DNA of 64,000 bases from Bacillus sp. (in: firmicutes) (GTDB taxonomy: Bacteria; Bacillota; Bacilli; Bacillales; DSM-1321), in assembly GCA_051893455.1 (NCBI GenBank), contig JBJFHG010000064.1:159-64158 (forward strand), read 5' to 3'. Shown piece by piece: positions 42,976-54,595 of the stretch. The translations under genes and the position numbers were made by a program. Under the pieces are notes generated by a model. That model worked only from the letters and a program-made list of their open reading frames with translations, was not told the origin of the DNA and searched no databases. Every line of letters starts with the position of its first letter. The stretch's first letter is position 1.

Positions 42976-44901
42976 GTGAGAACGTTACCTTTTACCGTTT
43001 CAAAAAATGAAGCTTTTTATGATAAGTTGTCCGAGTGGATCGGAGATGTCTTTTATGACATTCTCCCAGAAGAAGGTTTTGAATTAAGGGACGAACAAGT
43101 ATATATGGCGTTTCAACTGGAGAAAGCATTCAAGGAGAAGAAAACGATTTTTGCGGAAGCCGGAGTCGGCACGGGGAAAACGATCGTCTATTTGCTGTAT
43201 GCCGTCTGCTATGCGCGTTATACGAATAAGCCGGTTGTAATCTCCTGTGCGGATGAGACCTTGATCGAACAATTGGTCAAAGAAGAAGGGGATATCGCAA
43301 AAATCTCTAAAGTCCTGGACCTTGATATTGATGTCCGTTTGGCTAAAGCAAGGGATCAGTATGTGTGCCTCAATAAAGTGGAGCATGCAGTCCTGTATGA
43401 AGATAGTGAGAACATCGATCGCCTTCACGAGGAGCTGCCGGATTTCATCCAGGAAAGCGGCTCACTCCGCAAATTCGAGGTTTATGGCGACCGCAAGGAA
43501 TATCCGTATCTGACTGATGAGGAGTGGTCAAAAGTCGGCTGGGATTCCCTGCAGAATTGCTTCACATGTGAAAAACGCCATCGCTGCGGGCAAACCTTAT
43601 CGAGGGACCATTACAGGAAGGCTGCCGACCTGATTGTCTGTTCCCATGATTTCTTCATGGAACATGTATGGACGAAAGAGGCGCGCAAACGTGAAGGACA
43701 GCTACCTTTGCTCCCAGAATATGGAGCAGTCGTGTTTGATGAAGGGCATCTATTGGAATTCTCGGCTCAAAAAGGGTTGACCTATAAAATTTCTGAAGAC
43801 ATGATCAGTGAAGTTCTCACTGTCCTTCAAGCCAATGATATGAGGGAGGAGACGCTGCTTTTGATCGAGGATACAATTTCCTTGAACACAAGCCTCTTCC
43901 ATATGCTGAACGAGCACAGCACGCATATTAAAGGGTCATACAGGCATGAAATCCATGATGAGACGGAAATCAAACGAGAGGCCACACAGCTTCGTACACA
44001 GATTGAACAGATCCTTGAGCAGCTGGTTTTTGAAGCGGAATTATACACGATTGATGAGTATAGCCTGAAGGTCAGTGAAGAATACCTTGAACAAATTTCT
44101 TACTCCCTGTCCATGTACACGGCCGGCAAAAATGCGGTCGTATGGCTGGAGAAAGGGAACGGAAAGTCGAGTCTCGTGATCATGCCGCGGCTTGTGAGCG
44201 ATATCCTTTCTGAAGAGGTGTTCAGCAAGAAAATTCCATATATCTTTTCGTCCGCAACCTTGTCTGAATTGGGCTCGTTCGATTATTTGGCGGAGAGTCT
44301 CGGCATAAAGGATTTTATGTCCTTCTCCGTAGAATCACCGTTTGATTATGAAGAAGTAATGAACATCTCTCTCTCTTATTATGAGGAGGACGATGTAAGC
44401 AATAAGAATGCACGGACGTTGGCATCTATCCGTGAAAATGATGGAAGCTCGCTCGTGCTGTTCCCTTCCAAAGAGGAAATGGATGCGTTCAGGCTGGACT
44501 TATCTAATGAGGAGTTCCCGTTCTTGGTCCTGTTTGAAGGGGACGAAGAAATCAGTGGAACGGTCAGAAAATTCCAGGTGGACCGTCGTTCTGTCCTCTG
44601 TTCCCACCATTTATGGGAAGGGCTTGACATTCCGGGGGAGTCTTTGACGAATGTCATCATCTACAACCTTCCTTATCCGCCGAGTGATCCGGTTTTCCAG
44701 GCCAAGCGACAAGCTGTGAAAGACCCATTCCGGGATGTTGACCTGCCATACATGCTGTTGAGGTTGCGCCAAGGAATAGGGCGTCTGATCCGCACAGGCT
44801 CGGATCATGGGAAAATCGAGCTCATGCTGGATAAGAATATTGATCATGAAGTACTGCAAACCATTAAGTCCATATTGCCGGTGGAGCCGGCTGCAGAATA
44901 A
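42976..44901 (+). CDS. ypvA: DinG-family ATP-dependent DNA helicase YpvA
   Basis: EAGVGTGKT, Cys cluster (YVC...C..C....RC), DEGH, WEGLD, RQGIGRLIR. Confidence 0.94.
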   Translation: MRTLPFTVSKNEAFYDKLSEWIGDVFYDILPEEGFELRDEQVYMAFQLEKAFKEKKTIFAEAGVGTGKTIVYLLYAVCYARYTNKPVVISCADETLIEQLVKEEGDIAKISKVLDLDIDVRLAKARDQYVCLNKVEHAVLYEDSENIDRLHEELPDFIQESGSLRKFEVYGDRKEYPYLTDEEWSKVGWDSLQNCFTCEKRHRCGQTLSRDHYRKAADLIVCSHDFFMEHVWTKEARKREGQLPLLPEYGAVVFDEGHLLEFSAQKGLTYKISEDMISEVLTVLQANDMREETLLLIEDTISLNTSLFHMLNEHSTHIKGSYRHEIHDETEIKREATQLRTQIEQILEQLVFEAELYTIDEYSLKVSEEYLEQISYSLSMYTAGKNAVVWLEKGNGKSSLVIMPRLVSDILSEEVFSKKIPYIFSSATLSELGSFDYLAESLGIKDFMSFSVESPFDYEEVMNISLSYYEEDDVSNKNARTLASIRENDGSSLVLFPSKEEMDAFRLDLSNEEFPFLVLFEGDEEISGTVRKFQVDRRSVLCSHHLWEGLDIPGESLTNVIIYNLPYPPSDPVFQAKRQAVKDPFRDVDLPYMLLRLRQGIGRLIRTGSDHGKIELMLDKNIDHEVLQTIKSILPVEPAAE

Positions 44902-45018
44902 CCGAAAGGCTGATGCGGCGATCCAATTTAAGAAGGATCACTGCTTCAGCCTTTTATCATATTTCCTTTGGCTGATAATATGATAAACTGGAGTAACAAG
45001 AAAGGGAGGAGTGAGGAG

Positions 45019-46527
45019 ATGTCTAACGTGACAGAACAGAAGTTTTTGGATTATGTAAAAAAGATCACATCCTATAATGAAGCTTTATCGTTAATCTATT
45101 GGGATCTGCGTACAGGTGCGCCGAAAAAAGGTGTCGATCAGCGTTCGGAAGTGATTGGTGTTTTATCTTCCGAAGTATTCGCCATGACCACCAGTGAAGA
45201 GATGCAATCATACATAACAGAATTGACAGCCGAGGGTGTCTATGAGACTTTGCCGGAAGTCACACGGAAATTAGTGGATGAATGCAAAAAGGAATACGAG
45301 CTGAATGCAAAAATTCCGGCTGAAGAGCATAAGGAATATACCATTCTGACGACGAAAGCGGAAAGTGTTTGGGAAGAAGCGAAAGAAAAAGCTGATTTCG
45401 CCATGTTCAGCCCTTATTTAGAGAAGATTGTGGAATTCAACCGTAAATTTATTGAATATTGGGGTTATGAAGGGAATAAATACAATACGTTGCTTGACTT
45501 ATATGAACCAGGGATGACGGTGGAAGTGCTCGATGACGTCTTTGCCAAGCTTCGTCAGGAAATCGTTCCGCTCGTCAAGAAAATATCGGAAAGTGAGCAC
45601 AAACCGGACGTCTCATTCCTGTTTAACCATTTCCCGAAAGAGAAGCAGCGGGATGTAAGTCTCTCCATCCTCAAGCAGCTGCAATACGATTTCGAGGCTG
45701 GACGACTCGATGAAACGGTCCATCCTTTTGAAATTACAATCAATGCCAATGATGTCCGGGTGACGACCAAATATGATGAGGAAGACTTCCGCACAGCTGT
45801 CTTCGGTACTATCCATGAATGCGGACACGCGATTTATGAGCAAAATGTTTCAAAGGACCTGATGGGGACATTGCTGGCATCAGGGACAAGCATGGGAATC
45901 CATGAATCACAGTCTTTGTTCCATGAGAATTTCATCGGACGGAATATCCATTTCTGGGAAAAGAACTATCGTTTGCTGAAAGAGGCTTCTCCTGAACAAT
46001 TCAACGATGTGTCGCTGGAGGACTTTTACCGGGCAATCAACGAATCGAAGCCTTCATTGATCCGAATCGAAAGTGACGAACTGACATATCCGCTTCACGT
46101 CATGGTGCGCTATGAAATTGAGAAAGCGTTGATGAACGGTGAAATAGAGGTTCCGGATCTTCCGGAAATCTGGAATCGCAAATATGAAGAATACTTAGGG
46201 ATCAAACCTTCCCACGATGGAGAAGGCGTCCTTCAGGATGTCCATTGGGCGGGGGGAAGCTTCGGTTATTTCCCTTCATATGCATTGGGCTATATGTATG
46301 CTGCCCAATTCAAGCACGCAATGCTTAAAGACATCCCGAACTATGACGAGCTGCTAGCAGAAGGCAATATTACGCCGATCAAAGAGTGGCTGGTGGAGAA
46401 TATCCACCGATATGGGAAACTGAAGAAGCCGCTTGAATTGCTTCAGGATATTACAGGGGAAGGTTTAAATGTCCAGTACCTTGTGGACTACCTGACAGAA
46501 AAGTATACAGATATTTATAAATTGTAA
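45019..46527 (+). CDS. ypwA: Carboxypeptidase, M32 family (YpwA)
   Basis: HPF, DVRVTT, HECGH (HEXXH), HESQS, IRIESDELTY, QDVHW, GYFPSY. Confidence 0.97.
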   Translation: MSNVTEQKFLDYVKKITSYNEALSLIYWDLRTGAPKKGVDQRSEVIGVLSSEVFAMTTSEEMQSYITELTAEGVYETLPEVTRKLVDECKKEYELNAKIPAEEHKEYTILTTKAESVWEEAKEKADFAMFSPYLEKIVEFNRKFIEYWGYEGNKYNTLLDLYEPGMTVEVLDDVFAKLRQEIVPLVKKISESEHKPDVSFLFNHFPKEKQRDVSLSILKQLQYDFEAGRLDETVHPFEITINANDVRVTTKYDEEDFRTAVFGTIHECGHAIYEQNVSKDLMGTLLASGTSMGIHESQSLFHENFIGRNIHFWEKNYRLLKEASPEQFNDVSLEDFYRAINESKPSLIRIESDELTYPLHVMVRYEIEKALMNGEIEVPDLPEIWNRKYEEYLGIKPSHDGEGVLQDVHWAGGSFGYFPSYALGYMYAAQFKHAMLKDIPNYDELLAEGNITPIKEWLVENIHRYGKLKKPLELLQDITGEGLNVQYLVDYLTEKYTDIYKL

Positions 46528-46647
46528 TTGGGAATCGGGGCTATACAATCCACGGCAGAATGACGGCGATATCTGATGGTATCAGAAGAAAAGCTGCAGT
46601 CTCCAAGGGCCGATAGCCCCTGATATTTTTACAAGGGGTAAGGGTAT

Positions 46648-47568
46648 ATGGCATCGAAGCAATCATACAAATACAGCTTGTTTGTGATTCTGGCTGGATT
46701 ATCCTGGGGAATGATCGGCTTATTCGTTAAAGGCTTGGGCAGCCTGGGGCTCACCCCAATGGAGATCGTCACTGTCCGGGTGATGTTTTCTTGTCTGTTC
46801 TTAGTTTTATTTGGCGTGCTGACTTCGAAACAAAAGCATATGACAATATCGATTAAGCATATTCATCTGTTTCTGGGGACAGGTCTTATGAGCATCGCGT
46901 TTTTTAATTGGGCATACTTTACGAGTATGGAGATGCTGTCCATTTCCGTGGCAGTTATTCTGCTTTATACGGCTCCTGCGTTCGTTATGATCTTATCGGT
47001 ATTGTTTCTGGGAGAGAAATTGACTGGCGGCAAAGTATTGCTGCTGTGCCTGACGTTGATTGGCTGTTTTCTTGTTACCGGGATTACAGGGCTGGCCGAT
47101 TTTAAAGGTGGCCAACTAATCGGCTATGCAATCGGGCTCGCATCCGGCTTCGGGTATGCTTTGTACAGTATTTTCGGGAAATTCGCGATTAGGCATTATT
47201 CATCCTTCACAGTCAGCTTCTATACTTTTTTTATTGCATCGGTCTTTCTGATTCCATTCACAAAAATATGGGAAGTGACGCCTTTGCTGCTCAATTGGAA
47301 TGCCCTGTTTCTGATCATGGGGCTATGCCTGATCTCCACAGTGCTTGCCTTTTTATTGTATACAGAGGGACTTAATGGAATTGAAAGCAGCAAAGCGTCC
47401 ATTTTGGCGACTGTAGAGCCTCTAGCCGCTATGATCATCGGTTTCATAGTGTTTGGGGAGAGAGTGAGCTATATGCAATTGGCCGGAGGCGCCATCATTT
47501 TCATCAGTGCGACTTTGGCAAGCGTCAATCTGGCAGGATTGCTCAGAAAAAGACGAAGACTAACATAG
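46648..47568 (+). CDS. EamA/DMT family transporter
   Basis: About 10 TM helices; LLYTAP.FV.ILS, GLASGFGYALYS.FGK, ASILATVEP. Confidence 0.92.
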   Translation: MASKQSYKYSLFVILAGLSWGMIGLFVKGLGSLGLTPMEIVTVRVMFSCLFLVLFGVLTSKQKHMTISIKHIHLFLGTGLMSIAFFNWAYFTSMEMLSISVAVILLYTAPAFVMILSVLFLGEKLTGGKVLLLCLTLIGCFLVTGITGLADFKGGQLIGYAIGLASGFGYALYSIFGKFAIRHYSSFTVSFYTFFIASVFLIPFTKIWEVTPLLLNWNALFLIMGLCLISTVLAFLLYTEGLNGIESSKASILATVEPLAAMIIGFIVFGERVSYMQLAGGAIIFISATLASVNLAGLLRKRRRLT

Positions 47569-47653
47569 AATATTGAACTGTTCGCTTTTGGATATTTTAG
47601 ACTTATGTATTGGGGAGCAATACTGTAAGTCGATAAATGATGAATTTGTTCAC

Positions 47654-47682
47654 TTGACGAAATGAGAGAAAAACCTTACAAT
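47654..47682 (+). promoter_or_regulatory. SigA promoter driving the yybP-ykoY leader
   Basis: TTGACG-17 bp-TACAAT. Confidence 0.7.
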
Positions 47683-47699
47683 TCGGACTATATCTAACT

Positions 47700-47820
47700 C
47701 CGTTAAGGGGAGTAGCATTTACAGCATAGTCGTCAATTCGGGATTTTGATCCTCGGGTATGCTGGCAACAATCATGTTGTTTGCGAGACCTTACCAATTC
47801 ACTTTGGATAAGGTCTTTTC
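47700..47820 (+). promoter_or_regulatory. yybP-ykoY (Mn2+) riboswitch with overlapping intrinsic terminator
   Basis: AAGGGGAGTAGC...GTCGTCAA...TGGCAAC..GTTGTT.GCGAGACCTT consensus; terminator AGACCTTA...TAAGGTCTTTT. Confidence 0.88.
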
Positions 47821-48034
47821 TTATTATTAAGAAGGCGCTCAAAACCAAAGTGGTTATGGGCGCTTTTATTTTATTTACACGTGAAATGATAGGAAAACCT
47901 AGATGCCGAAAGCGGTAGGATTCCAGCAGGATTAACGATTCTATCTGCAGGAAAATGAACTTTCATAAAGATACGTAGGCAGTCCAATCATGTAATGCGT
48001 CAAAATGAAAAAGGTATACAAGGAGGAAAGGGAA

Positions 48035-48643
48035 GTGAATGATTTTCAGCAAATTGCTGAATCCGTTATCATATCTGAAAGTACGAACGAATTAAAGGGA
48101 TTTGACGATTGACTGCAATGGATCGGCTCGGGAAGAGGTGCCTATGTATTCAAAATCAAAGGCACAAACAAAGCGTTAGAGGTATTTTTCCCGCAATATT
48201 CCAAACTGGCTTTCGAAGAATGTGCAGTGTATCGTTATTTACACAATATCCCGCACTTTCCGCAAGTTTATGAGGAAGGGTGTAATTACTTTGTTATGGA
48301 TTACATTGAAGGTATCACGTTATTTGATTGCTTATCAAAAGGAATCTCGATTGAATCCCAATACATAGAGGAGATTGATCGAGTATTAAGCATGGCAGAG
48401 CATCGTGGTTTAAACCCTTCCGACATACATCTCCGGAACATTCTGTTGACGAAGGATAAGGAAATCAAGCTGATCGATGTTGCCCGATTCCGGCAACGAA
48501 AATCCTGCAGACAATGGGATGATTTAAAAACAGCCTATTTCAAGGCATACCGGAGACGTTTTTTCCCTAAAAAGTTGCCGGTCCGATTGATGAATGCGAT
48601 AGTTGCCATTTATAAGAAACAAATGACTATATTGAAATCATAA
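48035..48643 (+). pseudogene. Ser/Thr protein kinase-like (YrzF/RIO-like) pseudogene
   Basis: AAGGAGG RBS and GTG 48035; IGSGRG P-loop, SDIHLRNI, LIDVARF; in-frame TGA at 48110-48112; ALEVFFP where the catalytic Lys is expected. Confidence 0.8.
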
Positions 48644-48650
48644 AGGAGAG

Positions 48651-49106
48651 ATGAAAATGAAAAAAGGCATGATGGGTGTATTCAGCATATTGACCCTTGT
48701 ATTTGTTGGCGGATGTTCCATGATGGATGAAGTGAATGAGTCGTTAGAGTATGGCGATCAAGCCATGGAGTATATCGAGCATGTACAGATCTTCTCTGAA
48801 GAGCTCCCTGCGCTGGCTGAAGAAGCAATCCAAAACAGTACAGTAGAGGATACGCTAGAACAAGAATTAGAAAGTATGAAAGAGGAAATCACGGCATTTA
48901 ACGAATTGGAGGCGCCTGCGATTGCAGAAAAGGTGCATGAGGAGATTGAGTCTGTCAATTTACAGCTCTCAAAGGAGATTGATTCATTGCTGGCAGGAAT
49001 CGAAGCAGGCATCTGGGAGCCGGAGTTCCTGGAAAACTCAACAATCATGGAGACCATCAATCAGTTTACAGAGTTGCAGGAAGGACTTGAACAATTGGAA
49101 CTGTAA
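48651..49106 (+). CDS. Lipoprotein (DUF6376-like)
   Basis: Lipobox VGGC, EVN.SL.Y...A..YI, acidic helical body. Confidence 0.75.
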   Translation: MKMKKGMMGVFSILTLVFVGGCSMMDEVNESLEYGDQAMEYIEHVQIFSEELPALAEEAIQNSTVEDTLEQELESMKEEITAFNELEAPAIAEKVHEEIESVNLQLSKEIDSLLAGIEAGIWEPEFLENSTIMETINQFTELQEGLEQLEL

Positions 49107-49120
49107 AAAAAACAGCAGGA

Positions 49121-49156
49121 AAGGCTGTCACCCCTACAGGTGACAGCCCTAAAAAC
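49121..49156. terminator. Terminator between convergent genes
   Basis: GGCTGTCACCC/GGGTGACAGCC stem. Confidence 0.75.
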
Positions 49157-49162
49157 AGTTGA

Positions 49163-50815
49163 TTACCAGAGTTTATATCCCTTTGAGCCAGGTGGCGCAT
49201 TCTGGATCATATCAACGAACGGGATGGTGTATGCAAACAAGATCAAAGCCACGGTGATTCCAATCCACAGCTTCCAATTTTCAAAAACGAGCGGTGTTTT
49301 TTCCGCGTTTTCGGAAGCTTCGCCGACCGGGAATTCCTCTTCGCCTTTCGGAGCGAAGAAAGCAAGATTTATGAAGATGATCAATACCAAAATAATTCCG
49401 ATGAAAAGGATGGTGCCACCGACCGCCTGTGCAATCTGATAAGGAATCCAATCAATGGCCTGCTGAGAGTTTCCGTAGGTCGAGAAGGAAGACCGTCTTG
49501 GTGCTCCGAGCAATCCGGCGGCATGCATGGCCCCGGACATGAAGGCCATTCCAATCGACCAGACGATGGCCTGTATGATGGCCAGCTTATTCATTTTGGC
49601 TGTCAGCACCCGTCCCGTCAAATGAGGGACAAGCCAATAGGAAATCCCAAAGAACGTCAGTACGACCGATGTCGCCAGTGTCAAGTGAAAATGGCCCGTT
49701 ACCCAGGTTGTGTTGTGGACAACCTGGTTCAGCTGATTGGAGGCATTGACCATTCCGCCTGCCCCGGCAGGAATAAAGGCAACCATCCCTATGAACGGAA
49801 CGGTGAAACGGGCATCTTTCCAAGGCAACTTCTTGAACCAGCTGAATAGCCCTGTAGCTCCTTTTGATCGGCCATACATCTCAAATGTGCCGAATAGCGA
49901 GAAAGCAGTCATCAATGACGGAATGACGACAAGAAATGTCAGGATGACCTGCAGGAATTTCCAGGCAGGGTCGATCCCCGGCTCGGTCAATTGATGGTGG
50001 AAACCTACAGGAACTGAGAAAAGCAGGAACAGTATGAATGACATACGGGCCAGTGAATCGGAAAAGATTTTCGTTCCAAGGACTTTAGGAATCACCACGT
50101 ACCAGCACATATAGGCCGGCAGCAGCCAGAAGTACACGAGCGGGTGCCCGAAATACCAGAATAAAGTCCGGCTGATCAGTACGTCTATTGTGTCAACCAA
50201 GCCAAGCGACCAAGGGAGCATCTGGAACAGTACAGTAACAGCGACGCCAATTGTAGCGACAATCCAGAGGGCTCCGTTCACGATAACCATAAATGTCAAC
50301 AACGGGCTTGTCTGGCCGGGGTTCTGCTTCCGCCATCTGATATAGTTGGCGATCAGTGCCCCTGTCTCAAACCAACTGCCGACAACGACAAGTGTCAGGC
50401 CAATATAGAAAATAGGATGTGCCTGCAAAGGGGCGTAGAAAGTGAATAGGACAGAAGCTTCATTCAGAAGGATCATGGCAGCAGCCATAGATGTCCCGAG
50501 TGTCATGCACCAAAAACCGATCCATCCGAATAGACGTGATTTACCGGAAAAAGTGCCGGATGTCCGGCTCACTGCCGCAAATTGGAAGCCCATGATAAAA
50601 AAAGTCGTTAAAATAAGTCCCAATAAAACACCGTGTACAGTCAGTACTTGGTAATATGTAATTCCGAACGGGAGCTGCACTGTTCCAGATCTCACGAGTA
50701 CTTGAAGTAAACCTGCAAGACCGCCCAGCGCAAGCGCAGTGAAAGCTACATAAAAATGGGCCATTGATAATTTGGCATCCTTGGTATCCACTTTGACCAT
50801 TGATTTGCTCAGCAT
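49163..50815 (-). CDS. cbaA: b(o/a)3-type cytochrome c oxidase subunit I
   Basis: YYQVLTVHGV, FYAPL, FWYFGHPLVYFWLLPAY, GFHHQ, HNTTWVTGHFH, GAPRR. Confidence 0.95.
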   Translation of the reverse strand: MLSKSMVKVDTKDAKLSMAHFYVAFTALALGGLAGLLQVLVRSGTVQLPFGITYYQVLTVHGVLLGLILTTFFIMGFQFAAVSRTSGTFSGKSRLFGWIGFWCMTLGTSMAAAMILLNEASVLFTFYAPLQAHPIFYIGLTLVVVGSWFETGALIANYIRWRKQNPGQTSPLLTFMVIVNGALWIVATIGVAVTVLFQMLPWSLGLVDTIDVLISRTLFWYFGHPLVYFWLLPAYMCWYVVIPKVLGTKIFSDSLARMSFILFLLFSVPVGFHHQLTEPGIDPAWKFLQVILTFLVVIPSLMTAFSLFGTFEMYGRSKGATGLFSWFKKLPWKDARFTVPFIGMVAFIPAGAGGMVNASNQLNQVVHNTTWVTGHFHLTLATSVVLTFFGISYWLVPHLTGRVLTAKMNKLAIIQAIVWSIGMAFMSGAMHAAGLLGAPRRSSFSTYGNSQQAIDWIPYQIAQAVGGTILFIGIILVLIIFINLAFFAPKGEEEFPVGEASENAEKTPLVFENWKLWIGITVALILFAYTIPFVDMIQNAPPGSKGYKLW

Positions 50816-51291
50816 TATTCGACCACCTCTATTTTAGAACTCATCATGTGATGTCCGGTGCCGCAGTATTCATTGCAGAGCACCAAAAATTCGCCAGTTT
50901 TGTTGAACGTCGTTACATACTCGCTTATGTATCCGGGCTCAAGCATCATGTTAATATTGGTGCCGGCCACTTCGAATCCATGAATGACGTCTTTTGTGGT
51001 TGCTATTATCTTTACCTTGGACCCCTTTGGCACTTCCACCTGCATAGGGTTATAGGAGAAGGCCTGGGCCACATATACAAGCTCATAATCCCAATCTTCG
51101 CCCTCTACCTTATGTAACCCAGGATTATCGAATGGAGCGGTTGTATCAACCTTTTCCGGATCGATAGTGGCCAGGCAGCTTGCTGGCTGGTTGCCCATGT
51201 AGAAGGCGCTTACCCCAAGTGTGGTCAAGAAGACCAATAAAGCTGTCACACCTAAAATCAGCCATATTTTTTCATACTTATGCATGTGCAT
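50815..51291 (-). CDS. cbaB: b(o/a)3-type cytochrome c oxidase subunit II (CuA)
   Basis: MHMHKYEKIW, DVIHGF, CNEYCGTGHHMM CuA motif. Confidence 0.95.
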   Translation of the reverse strand: MHMHKYEKIWLILGVTALLVFLTTLGVSAFYMGNQPASCLATIDPEKVDTTAPFDNPGLHKVEGEDWDYELVYVAQAFSYNPMQVEVPKGSKVKIIATTKDVIHGFEVAGTNINMMLEPGYISEYVTTFNKTGEFLVLCNEYCGTGHHMMSSKIEVVE

Positions 51292-51311
51292 GGCATTTCC
51301 CCCTTATCCGT

Positions 51312-51461
51312 CTATAAACGATTTAAAAACAATACATATAAACTGATCCAAGTAATGACGATGATGATGCCGAGGACAGAAACAGAAGCGAGTGTTCCTT
51401 TCAGGGAGGCTTGATCATGATCTTGGGTTTCCATTTCCTTTTTCCTATGTGGTTGCGTCAC
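51312..51461 (-). CDS. cbaD: Cytochrome c oxidase subunit IIa (49 aa; not in ORF track)
   Basis: GAAAGGAGTG RBS, GTG start; ...SLKGTLASVSVLGIIIVITWISLYVLFLNRL single TM helix directly upstream of subunit II. Confidence 0.88.
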   Translation of the reverse strand: MTQPHRKKEMETQDHDQASLKGTLASVSVLGIIIVITWISLYVLFLNRL

Positions 51462-51800
51462 CCGAATCACTCCTTTCAAAAATTAGCAATTACTTGAATT
51501 ACATGTTTATCATACAAAAACAAGAAAAAATTTCTAGGTGGTTTTCCTTATTTCACAAATAGTTCATTAGTATTTTATTACTGTACTAATAGTGTAAAGT
51601 TGATTTGACGGGGAATGATGTAAGAGGTTACATTGTCAAAATATGAATGATATGTGAAGGTTTGTAAAGAAAGGCATAGGCGAAAAGTAATATTTTTCCA
51701 TAAATATAAACTGATGATGAGTGAAGATTTTTTTGCAGTAGCAGGTAGATATTCTTCTCAGAGATTGCTATAATACAATCATTATATTAATATGTTTTTT

Positions 51801-51873
51801 CTCTCATATAATAGCAGGGATATGGCCTGCAAGTTTCTACCAAGTCACCGTAAATGATTTGACTATGAGTGAG
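51801..51873 (+). promoter_or_regulatory. Purine (guanine-sensing) riboswitch
   Basis: CTCATATAAT...ATATGG...AGTTTCTACC...CCGTAAAT...GACTATGAG; C at the specificity position; upstream of xpt-pbuX. Confidence 0.96.
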
Positions 51874-51894
51874 GCTCTTCATCTTGAGATTTTA

Positions 51895-51957
51895 ATGCTC
51901 AGGTTTGGTTGCTGCACTCTTTTTTTGAGGAAAGCATCCAGACCTGAGCATTTTTTA
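51895..51957 (+). terminator. Riboswitch expression-platform terminator
   Basis: ATGCTCAGGTTTGG...CCAGACCTGAGCAT followed by TTTTT. Confidence 0.8.
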
Positions 51958-51984
51958 TGGATGTTATATCAGAGAAAAGCATAA

Positions 51985-53900
<1,916 letters not shown>

Positions 53901-53912
53901 TGGATCAAAAAG

Positions 53913-53951
53913 GAAACAGCACTTTCGTTGAAGGCGAGAGTGCTGTTTTTT
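53913..53951 (+). terminator. Terminator after pbuX
   Basis: AAACAGCACTTTCG...CGAGAGTGCTGTTT followed by TTT. Confidence 0.85.
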
Positions 53952-54154
53952 GCATGCAATGATTAGTGTATGCCGAGTTGTGTTCGTGTGTCTGGCTCCC
54001 GTTCGAAAAGTATGCCCTGTGCCCGTGCATATGATGACAAACAAGACGCTTTGTGTCTTGAATTTGACTGTTTTTGTAAAATGTAGAGTTAAACGACAAT
54101 CTGCTCGTGCACAATCCTTTCTGCTTGTGTAAAATAATACCAATTGATAAATTC

Positions 54155-54421
54155 ATGCTAATCAATGGGGGGAGCTATATAAAAAAGTACATTTACATCA
54201 TTCAACTTGTTGTAAGTTCATTGCGTTTTTTAATATTTTCATTCTTTAGTGGAATAGTGGGAAGCTACGCAATTGAATACGAGCAAGAGCCTTCAATATT
54301 TAATAAAACTGTTTATGCTTTTTATTCTTCTTCCTATCCCTATTATGCTTGTGTCTTTTTACTTTGGGCATTAATTGTAGTTGTTTTGGTTATTAAGCGA
54401 AGAGATGATCTTGATAAATAG
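54155..54421 (+). CDS. Small AT-rich membrane protein, hypothetical (start codon doubtful)
   Basis: Two hydrophobic segments; the GGGGGGAG RBS precedes an in-frame ATA (54179), not an ATG. Confidence 0.4.
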   Translation: MLINGGSYIKKYIYIIQLVVSSLRFLIFSFFSGIVGSYAIEYEQEPSIFNKTVYAFYSSSYPYYACVFLLWALIVVVLVIKRRDDLDK

Positions 54422-54595
54422 TCGTCGTTTGACATTTTAATGAGAAGTTGAGACATTAAAACGATATGAACTTTTATTCTTTAAACTTGGCTGTTTTCTA
54501 AAAGTTTGTTGCTTTTTTAAGATATGTTATAATAAAAGGAAAAATTTGGTACTTTTCCAAATTTAAAACGTCTAATTTATAAAGGGGAGACGTCC

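Noticed and set aside
53905-54165. Short overlapping ORFs after pbuX
   Set aside because: No RBS or motifs, and they overlap the terminator; treated as non-coding.
54513-54540. Alternative left end of the IS1595 element using TTTTTTAA as a target duplication with 55822-55829
   Set aside because: The adjacent GATATGTTATAAT matches the right TIR less well than 54489-54513 does, and an AT-only 8-mer match is likely by chance here; not fully excluded.
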